Assembly: GCF_009914755.1 (NCBI RefSeq)
Contig: NC_060941.1
Length of the DNA: 64,000 bases
Origin: the human T2T-CHM13v2.0 reference genome, Homo sapiens
Direction: 5' to 3' (one strand)
The first letter of the stretch is position 1, and every line of letters starts with the position of its first letter. Below, piece after piece: positions 1 through 19,929 of the stretch. The notes below the pieces were generated by a model. That model was not told the origin of the DNA, did no database searches, and was given only the letters and a program-made list of their open reading frames with translations. Position numbers and translations under genes: made by a program.

Positions 1-1
1 G

Positions 2-148
2 AGCAAGCGGCTGGGTGGCGACGACGCGCGTGTGCGGGAGCTGGAGCTGGAGCTGGACCGGCTGCGCGCCGAGAACCTCCAGCTGCTGACCGAGAACGAA
101 CTGCACCGGCAGCAGGAGCGAGCGCCGCTTTCCAAGTTTGGAGACTAG
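2..148 (+). CDS. HEXIM1: HEXIM1, C-terminal 48 codons plus stop (CDS begins upstream of the window)
   Basis: Frame +2 reads SKRLGGDDARVRELELELDRLRAENLQLLTENELHRQQERAPLSKFGD* (TAG at 146-148). I recognise this as the HEXIM1 C-terminal coiled coil, and it aligns with HEXIM2 QVEELAAEVQRLRTENQRLRQEN in this window. Confidence 0.97.
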   Translation, partial: SKRLGGDDARVRELELELDRLRAENLQLLTENELHRQQERAPLSKFGD

Positions 149-1985
149 ACTGAAACTTTTTTGGGGGAGGGGGCAAAGGGGACTTTTTACAGTGATGGAA
201 TGTAACATTATATACATGTGTATATAAGACAGTGGACCTTTTTATGACACATAATCAGAAGAGAAATCCCCCTGGCTTTGGTTGGTTTCGTAAATTTAGC
301 TATATGTAGCTTGCGTGCTTTCTCCTGTTCTTTTAATTATGTGAAACTGAAGAGTTGCTTTTCTTGTTTTCCTTTTTAGAAGTTTTTTTCCTTAATGTGA
401 AAGTAATTTGACCAAGTTATAATGCATTTTTGTTTTTAACAAATCCCCTCCTTAAACGGAGCTATAAGGTGGCCAAATCTGAGAACAATTAAATTCATTT
501 TAGTTATAATAAATTTAATATTTGTAAATGTAACATAGTTTCAGTGTGATTTCTAGAGCTAATTCAAAATAGTATTGATATATTTTATGTGACTGCATTT
601 TTGGGGAGGGGTACCGAAATCGTTAAATTTGTCAGTTTGCAAAAATATCAATCTTTAATGGGAGAATTTTCAATTTGCCAATTTTTTCCTTGAATGGGTT
701 TAAGTATGCTACAATATACAGTTCAGGCAAAATTTAAGATGTAATTATCTTCAATACTTAAGTGTGCTTGCTTTCTAGTGCCTTGGTTTTCTTTCTTGAT
801 GCTGGAAAAATAAACAAACCGGTATTGAGTGTTTAGGCGAGTGGAAAGTGGCTACAATCCAAAATTTTAAATTTAACTCTGCCTCGGCCATTCAAAAGTC
901 TAATAACAAAAAATGTAAACCTAATTTGGCAGTTTGTTAGGTTAGACAACTGACAGCCTCATTTCATTCCTACAAGTTGGTTTTCAGTAATCTCTTCCTT
1001 CCCCCCAGTAAGGCTGGAAGAGGCTCTTGGCAAACTTCTTAGTGCAAGCAATGGTTAGATTAATTTGTGAGGCAGCTCTTTAAGACGTTCAGAGGTAAGA
1101 AATACTGGATTTATAAAGCAAATGGCTGTTTGGGGGATTCCAAGGATTTACCTAATTGTCCAATTCTACGTGCTCTCTATACCAAAACAAAAAAAAAAAG
1201 CTATCCACCTTTCCATGTGGGTCAAACTAAAATTAGAAATGTCCCCTCACTGCAGATCAAATGTAAAGCTTCCAGTTAAGGAGCTAAATGAGGTCCTCAG
1301 CTGAATGAGGAACCCTGTACATCCCCTTGCACAGCCCTATTCTAAATCGCTTAAACTATGCTGATAGCTGCTTAGGTTCTTGAGTAGTTCTGCTCTTAAA
1401 CGTAGGGAGGCCCTGAGAACTAAATTTTGCCCCAAAATAAAAACAGAAATTATGAGATTGCCTCCTGTCATTTTGGTTAACCCAGTCCTTCACCTGCCCT
1501 GTGTCAGTGTCTTCTGAGGGCAATTGCGTTGCTCAAATCACTAGCACAGAGGTTCCTTAATTTGGGGCCTTAGAAACCATTGTGGGCCTTGGGGTCCATG
1601 AACCCCATGAAATTATTTGTAGACTTGTATGTACATTTTTCTGGGGAGAAGGTTCAAGAGATTCATAAGATTGTCAAACTCCTTGAAGGTTCAGAACCTC
1701 TGCAGGGAAGGGGGAAGAAAACCCTCCCATTAGGAAGCATGCTTTTGCAGTTAAATGGCGATGGTGGAGGTGATAGGGACTTCAAGAGTAAAATGCACCT
1801 TGTATTGCATAAGAAGCATACACAAATCAATAAATCAAGGGAGATTATACCAGTAGGACTGAATCAGGGCCTTCAAAGCTGGACTGAGTTGGTCCTGTTC
1901 TGGCACATATGGTCCACTGGAGACAATGTATGATTGAGTTTTTCTTTGGTCTAAAAATTATATTAAACATTTATTTTGAAATAGT
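149..1985 (+). other. HEXIM1: HEXIM1 3'UTR (AT-rich, no interspersed repeats seen)
   Basis: Unique AT-rich sequence after the stop codon with ATTTA elements, a TGTATATA Pumilio element (219-226) and several poly(A) signals. The 3' end is inferred from the distal ATTAAA plus GU/U-rich tract. Confidence 0.8.
1962..1967 (+). terminator. Distal HEXIM1 polyadenylation signal (ATTAAA); alternative AATAAA at 809, 1436 and 1829
   Basis: ATTAAA followed ~20 nt later by the GU/U-rich tract ttttcttcgtgtttttttcttc. Confidence 0.65.
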
Positions 1986-2149
1986 TTTCTTCGTGTTTTT
2001 TTCTTCTGCTATGACGTCATGCAGCAGCCCCAGAAAAACAGCTGCTTGGAAAGGCAGCAACAGTGCCCTCTGGCTTTACAGTGCAGAGCTGAAGCCTCAT
2101 TTTGACTGAACTGTAAGATGCAGCAGTGATTATCTCTGATATTAGACCC

Positions 2150-7880
<5,731 letters not shown>

Positions 7881-8449
7881 TTAACTGTGGAAACCAAACA
7901 GAAGCAAGCATCTTCATCCCGAAGAGGGGGAATTACTGTAAAGAATCACTCCTTTTCTGCAATTATACAGGCAGCAGGAAAAAAAAACAAAAAAAAAACC
8001 TCCTACCTCTGTCAACGAATCCTACTCACACATAGTCACTGCTCCCTAGGATTTGGCCATCAGGCAAAATGAGTGTCCAGGACTTCACAGCCACAACCAG
8101 TGGGCACCCTGAGAGACTGATCCTCATTCAGCCTACTTGGATGGCTCTTTTGTGATGCTATGGACAACTAAGGCCACACTTTGGTAAGGCAGGCTTTCCA
8201 ACTGCCCCAATGATCTTTGAAGCATTCCTTGTGAAGTTCTCATATAACAAAGTTACAAGGAGTAAGTGTTTACATAGCGACTTAAGACTAGTTACTCCTC
8301 TAGGTATTTATGAGGGAGACAGTGCTGATACCATTTTCAAATGAATATAGAGTTTGTAGAATTTGTCATAAAAGCATAATGCAACTCATCTGAGAGGGGA
8401 GAGCTGAAAAGGAAGTTGAAAGTCTGGTTGAACAGTAGATGAACAATAG

Positions 8450-8926
<477 letters not shown>

Positions 8927-9474
8927 TATTCCCAATTTTTCTTAGCAAAGAATGGAAAAGCTTGTGGGTCAACCTTAAGGATAGTAAGTTTCATTTACAA
9001 ATGAGTAACAAATTTCTGCTGCTGGTACAGTATTTGCCACTCAGTAGCATCCAAAAATTTCACTAGATTACTTCATAATGGAGGATGAATCCCAAGTGTC
9101 TAGGATCCTCCATTAAATTCTTGACAGAAGACCCACAAAGATCGTCTTTAAAAGCCTTTTCTGTTCCTATGACTATTTAAGTCCTACCAAGTTAGTTAGC
9201 TTTTTTAAACTCACATCTCTTGATCAGTGTAGAGCGAACATGTCATATGTAGGTAAAAAATCAAACCACAGTAGGCATCAAGTGTACTGAAGCTTCAGTT
9301 AGGAGTAAGTGGTTCCAGTTTTGGATTGAGGACCCTAGTCAATGATGATCCTATTTTGTAATCCAGTTGTAAAACATCTGGGGAGCAGAGGGAAAAAAGT
9401 TAATGCTATGGAGTTGTCACTCCAACTGAAGAAAAATTATTAATAGGAGGAGCAGAACTTCAGTTCTGGAAAAC

Positions 9475-9765
9475 TTTTTTTTTTTTTTGAGACAGAGTCT
9501 TACTCTGTCACCCAGGCTGGAGTGCAACGGTGAGAGGCTCATGGCAAACTCTGCCTCCTGGGTTCAAGCGATTCTCCTGCCTCAGCCTCCCGAGTAGCTG
9601 GGATTACAGGCACGCAACTCCACACCCGGCTAATTTTGTATTTTTAGTAGAGAAGGGGCTTCACCATGTTGGCCAGGTTGGTCTCAAACTCCTGACCTCA
9701 GGTGATCCACCCGCCTCCACCTCCCAAAGGGCTGGGATTACAGGTGTGAGCCACCGCGCCAGGCC
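9475..9765 (-). mobile_element. Alu (S-like)
   Basis: Poly-T followed by reverse-complement Alu; TSD-like agttctg on both sides. Confidence 0.93.
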
Positions 9766-10806
9766 AAGTTCTGTTAAACTTTTAGTAAGGCTGAAGGCTT
9801 AGGCATGTTTTGACCATTTGTAACTGATAATAAGACTCATCACAAGGTACCCACAAAATTCACTGCCAGTCACTCTGCTACGTCAAAGCCTCTCCTACTT
9901 CAGCACCTACCTAGGCATAATTTTAACTGACATTTTAGCAATAAAACTTTTATTTGAAGATATCCTTGAGCCACAAATCTCTCTGGATTTAGATTTCAAG
10001 CAGTAGGAAGTAAGATGGTTTAACCTGCAATTCAATAAAAGAACTTCACATCAAACTTCAATCTTTAAGAAGCTGCTACAGCTATAATGTAAGGTTAAGA
10101 GTTTATTCTTTCAAAGCAGGTCTCCTCATCTCTTAAACGCTATACATATGAAGTAGATAAAAACTGGTTTCTTTTTTGGTAGCATTTAGGATCTACAAAA
10201 GTGATCCTTCAATTACTTGGAATTTCAAAAAATTGAGGTTACCTAGTAACAATGCACCAGTAGAACACAAAATACTCTGACTTTGTTTAGTCTGTGGGAA
10301 AAGAAAAATCTTTAAACTGGAAAGATTTTGTAGTCTTACAAAGATTACATTGGAATTGGAATTACTGTAGTTCGTTTTTCCCTCTAGGAGGGCAGCCATT
10401 TCTCTAAAAGTTGTGTAAAAGTTAAGACTAGGATTTCAAAATGCAAGCAGATGTTGATGAAGCATACGAAATGGGCAACTCCGTTTCTATTTCGGAGCCG
10501 CAGCGACTCCGACTTTGTGCCCCAACCCTGTAAAGGGCAAAACCTCATCCCTTCGGTGTAAACTTTCAAGAGAAGTGGGGCAGCACACTTTAGGCGTTTC
10601 ACCAAGAGGCTGGCGACATGCTAGGTCAGGTTGTCCGGAGAATCGGGGCTGAATGGGAGAGATCTTGAGGGCAAGAGCCTCAGAGACCTTCAGGCACCGA
10701 GCTCGTGAAGGTTTCCAAGTGCCCCTCTCTAGCTGCTCCCAGGGGGAATTAGTGGTTGCTACAGTAGTTTAAGAGGGTCGTGGTTTTTCGCAACCCGGGC
10801 GGCGAG

Positions 10807-10828
10807 ATGGCGCTTTGGTGTAAGCGAG
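10807..10828 (+). CDS. HEXIM2: Candidate upstream coding segment of HEXIM2 first exon (MALWCKR+G), giving a 308-aa isoform
   Basis: ATG in strong context (gagATGg) and donor GAG|GTAAGG at 10828/10829 (phase 1). Splicing to 12635 is in frame with the 12679 ATG. Confidence 0.6.
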
Positions 10829-11381
10829 GTAAGGTGGGTGCACTGGGATCTCCGCTCTCGGAGCCTCCAGCTGACTGCCACGCCGACTTGTGGCCAGACC
10901 TGCGACCTCCGCCCTCCCCCGCGGCGCCAGCCTCTGGAATCTGGCGTCGCCCCCACCTCTCCAGTCGAAGTGGGAGTCCCTCTGTGCGGGGCCTCGCCGC
11001 CATACCCAGGCCGAATGGGGGTGGGGAGGGAAGCTGGCAGAGCTCGGCCTCAGGATCCGCGCCCCTGTGGAAAGACCGCAGAGGGAAGCCGTTTCACCAG
11101 CCTCTCCCCTTCTGGGGTCTCGGGAAACACGCGGTAATTACCGAAGAACCCCGCACTCTGTGAGAGGCGAGGCTGCGGGGCTGCCGGGACGGTTTGAGGA
11201 CCGGGCTCGGCCGAGGAGACTCCAACCTTCACCCTCCCTGGCCCCCGGTCCCACTTCCCGCCGTCTCCCGGCGCCGCCACTTCAGGTAGCCCACTCGGCC
11301 CGGCCTCTCCCCGCGCCCGGACCACCCCCCACGGGGTGCTCTCACTGCGCAGCGAGTCCCTCCGCTGCCTCCTCCCAGCCC

Positions 11382-11392
11382 AAAATGGCGGC
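11382..11392 (+). promoter_or_regulatory. YY1 consensus site (AAAATGGCGGC)
   Basis: Exact match to the AANATGGCGGC YY1 motif within the CpG island. Confidence 0.7.
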
Positions 11393-11723
11393 GATGGCCG
11401 CCGAGCTTCTCGTCGCCTTCCTCAAAGGCCAAGGATCCCTCCGCGCCTGCTGCCCCGCCCACCTTAGCCGGATCTATTTTCTGCCCCGTAAAGATTAACG
11501 CCATCAATGAACTCTTTAATTGAGTTCGGAGAAGGCGGGTCCAGTTGTGCCTCCTCACAGCTAATCGTTGCCAAAAAAGCGAGAATATTGGCAGAAGGCT
11601 TGACCAATCAAAGAAGGCAGTGATGCGCGCGCGGTCTGCCCCCGCGCAAGGGTAGATGGGTTTTGGAGTCTCGGGTGTGGCTGTTGACGTTACAGGCCCT
11701 TGGATCGCTTTTCAGGCCAGAAG

Positions 11724-11749
11724 AACTACAATCCCCAGCAGGCACCGCG
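11724..11749 (+). promoter_or_regulatory. ZNF143/SBS2-type composite motif (ACTACA-linked)
   Basis: AACTACAATCCCCAGCAGGCACCGCG closely matches the ACTACAnTCCCAnnATGCnnnGCG consensus. Confidence 0.7.
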
Positions 11750-11780
11750 CGTCCAGGCTCTCTCTTCCCCCCCATCTTAG

Positions 11781-11824
11781 TGGCCTGAGCGGCTTGACCA
11801 GAGCTGCTGCAACTGCAGCAAGAG
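11781..11824 (+). other. HEXIM2: Candidate 44-nt HEXIM2 5' exon
   Basis: Acceptor tctctcttcccccccatcttAG| (11780) and donor GAG|GTAGGG (11824/11825). Confidence 0.55.
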
Positions 11825-12284
11825 GTAGGGCTCAGGCGTTGGGAATTGCACCGACAGGCAGTCGCACAGAAAGGCACACAGATGTAGTGGTGTGCATAGC
11901 CCTTGACAGCGAATAGGTCAGTTCCACCTTTGCAAAACCTCTTTCCATGACTGTCTCCCTTCTTCCAAGAAATCCATCCTTATCCTAGTTGGGTTTCCCT
12001 CCCAGCTGCATGTAGTGCAAAGACCTCTTTCCCCTTTTCTCCTGTTTCCCTTTCTGAGAGGAAGGAGGGAGGCAGGCCAGGACCTTAGAGGAAAAGTCCT
12101 CAGCACTAGGCTGGCCCAGGTCCCAGCTGTGCTTCTGGCCTTTGGAGCCCAGCTTGGGGAGAAGGTTGGGGGTGCAGGGCTGCATCAAGATTGGGGCCAC
12201 TGGAGACAGTGGGGAAGGACTCGTGAGCTTGCTCCATGTTCTCCCGTGGCAGCAGCAGCCCCGCTGCACTCCCAGCCTCCCCAG

Positions 12285-12398
12285 GCAGTCCTCCTTTGCC
12301 CCTTTGGTGGTTGGGGAAACAAAACTTACACCTGGCTTCCTGGCTGCCAACCTGGGCCTCGGTGACTTCCAGGAGGACAGTACAGGACATGAGTCCTG
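12285..12398 (+). other. HEXIM2: Candidate alternative HEXIM2 5' exon (start uncertain)
   Basis: C-rich acceptor cctccccAG| and donor CTG|GTGAGG at 12398/12399; contains an ATG at 12389. Confidence 0.4.
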
Positions 12399-12678
12399 GT
12401 GAGGGACCCGAGGAGCAGGACAGAGAAGACGGCCCCTGAATCCCATTTGGCCCCTTGCTGGCTGGAGGTGTGAAAACCAGCGGTGGAGGCAGCCTTCGGG
12501 GCCTGCATTTGAGAATAAGGGTATGAAGGGCTGGGGTACAAAATGGCTGCCACTGCCTGGGCAAACAATTCTGGGCAGCCAGAGTATTCCTGACGTTCCT
12601 TCAGGATTTAGGTTTCTGTTGTTGTTCAAAGCAGGTGTCACTAGTTCCAGGCGTCTGCTGAAAGATTTGGAACAGAAG

Positions 12679-12744
12679 ATGATGGCCACTCCGAACCAGA
12701 CCGCCTGTAATGCAGAGTCACCAGTGGCCCTGGAGGAGGCCAAG
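12679..12744 (+). CDS. HEXIM2: HEXIM2 first canonical coding exon (MMATPNQTACNAESPVALEEAK); exon starts at ~12635
   Basis: Recognised HEXIM2 N-terminus. Donor AAG|GTAAGT at 12744/12745 (phase 0); tandem acceptor aAGcAG at 12629-12634. Confidence 0.93.
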
Positions 12745-12925
12745 GTAAGTCCCTGCCCTCCTGCCCACCCAAGCACCACGAGCACGGGTCCCACAGCTGA
12801 GATCCAAACTTCTTGTCCCAGATGTGTTGGTAGATTTGGAAAACCAGTATTTTGACGAATCAGTACTATGCACTAGGCAATAGGCCGGAATCCCAGTCTA
12901 TGCTAGCTGATGAAATCTTAGTAAC

Positions 12926-18564
<5,639 letters not shown>

Positions 18565-18604
18565 TCAAGATCCACCTTCTATCCCAGTTTTCTTCTTCTC
18601 CTAC

Positions 18605-18730
18605 TTTACTCATTTGGACAGTATTTATGGAACTCCTACTCAGTGCCAGGTATTATTCTAGGCATTGAAATTACAGAGTGAAACACACAGGCAAAATTCC
18701 TGCTCTCACCATGAGTTTACTTGGGGAAGG
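18605..18730 (-). mobile_element. L2 3' fragment
   Basis: agtatttatggaactctactcagtgccaggtattattctaggcattg is typical of an L2 end. Confidence 0.6.
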
Positions 18731-18911
18731 TTGGGGGACAGACAGTAGACAGGTCTCTTTGTAAACAAATGGTTCCAAAAGGTTGAGGGGCTAAGAGTGA
18801 CCAAGTTAGCTGAGTGTAGGAAGGTAGGCTTCAGGCTAGGTAGAGAGGGAAAGGTTCCACCTCCAAGGACAGGCTGTCTGATCCATCCTTCTTCCTCCTC
18901 CCTCTCTTTAG

Positions 18912-19706
18912 ACCTCTGGTGCCCCGGGGAGCCCCCAAACACCCCCTGAGCGTCATGACTCTGGTGGTTCCCTGCCCCTGACACCGCGGATGGAGAGCCA
19001 CTCAGAGGATGAAGATCTTGCTGGGGCTGTCGGTGGCCTGGGCTGGAACAGTAGGAGTCCCCGGACCCAGAGCCCAGGGGGCTGCTCAGCGGAGGCTGTG
19101 CTGGCCCGGAAGAAACACCGTCGGCGGCCATCGAAGCGCAAAAGGCACTGGCGACCCTACCTGGAGCTGAGCTGGGCTGAGAAACAACAGCGGGATGAGA
19201 GGCAGAGCCAGAGGGCCTCCCGGGTCCGCGAAGAGATGTTCGCCAAAGGCCAGCCCGTGGCCCCCTACAACACCACCCAGTTCCTGATGAATGACAGGGA
19301 CCCGGAGGAGCCCAACTTGGATGTGCCCCATGGGATCTCCCACCCAGGTTCCAGTGGGGAGAGTGAGGCCGGGGACAGTGATGGGCGGGGCCGAGCGCAC
19401 GGTGAGTTCCAGCGGAAGGACTTCTCTGAGACTTACGAACGCTTCCACACCGAGAGCCTGCAGGGCCGCAGCAAGCAGGAGCTGGTGCGAGACTACCTGG
19501 AGCTGGAGAAGCGGCTGTCGCAGGCGGAGGAGGAGACTAGGAGGCTGCAGCAGCTGCAGGCGTGCACCGGCCAGCAGTCCTGCCGCCAGGTGGAGGAGCT
19601 GGCTGCCGAGGTCCAGAGGCTCCGGACCGAAAACCAGCGGCTTCGTCAGGAGAACCAGATGTGGAACCGAGAGGGCTGCCGCTGTGATGAGGAGCCGGGT
19701 ACCTAG
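18912..19706 (+). CDS. HEXIM2: HEXIM2 terminal coding exon (P-TEFb inhibitor, 7SK snRNP component); 286 aa in total with exon 12679-12744
   Basis: Acceptor cctctctttAG| at 18911. Reads TSGAPGSPQ...RKKHRRRPSKRKRHWRPY (basic 7SK-binding region, ~19107-19160)...PYNTTQFLM (19263)...coiled coil...DEEPGT*. Length is 22+26+238 = 286 aa. Confidence 0.98.
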   Translation, partial: TSGAPGSPQTPPERHDSGGSLPLTPRMESHSEDEDLAGAVGGLGWNSRSPRTQSPGGCSAEAVLARKKHRRRPSKRKRHWRPYLELSWAEKQQRDERQSQRASRVREEMFAKGQPVAPYNTTQFLMNDRDPEEPNLDVPHGISHPGSSGESEAGDSDGRGRAHGEFQRKDFSETYERFHTESLQGRSKQELVRDYLELEKRLSQAEEETRRLQQLQACTGQQSCRQVEELAAEVQRLRTENQRLRQENQMWNREGCRCDEEPGT

Positions 19707-19907
19707 GGGTGCCTCCCAGCCTGGTGGACCCAAGGAGAAGGTCCCATTTCGTGCACACTCAGGCCAGCTGGGTCTCAAGGAGGCAGGTGGCAGATGAAAA
19801 CCACCGTCAACACCCTGTGCGCCCTGAGAACAGCTAAATCGGTTCAGACTCCCACCTCACCGTTTCCATAGTTGGCTCTTTTGTGTCATCTTACCCTTTA
19901 CAGAGAA

Positions 19908-19913
19908 ATTAAA
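19908..19913 (+). terminator. HEXIM2 polyadenylation signal (ATTAAA), implying a ~220-nt 3'UTR
   Basis: First canonical-type hexamer I see downstream of the stop codon. Confidence 0.7.
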
Positions 19914-19929
19914 TGGCCTTGGTGGGACC

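Larger units (their letters stand above)
10480..11900. promoter_or_regulatory. CpG island / HEXIM2 promoter region (probably several TSSs, possibly bidirectional)
   Basis: High GC and CpG density with no repeats. Contains YY1-type, ZNF143-type, CCAAT (11604), CRE-like TGACGTTA (11685) and ETS-like motifs. Confidence 0.9.

Noticed and set aside
10749-12855. Long ORFs (202 aa +, 269 aa -, and others) in the CpG island
   Set aside because: Expected from stop-codon depletion at high GC; several use non-ATG starts. Only the splice-supported segments and the 37-aa ATG sORF were kept.
19086-19797. 230-aa antisense and 168-aa alternative-frame ORFs over HEXIM2
   Set aside because: These are GC-rich shadows of the real CDS with no recognisable domain.
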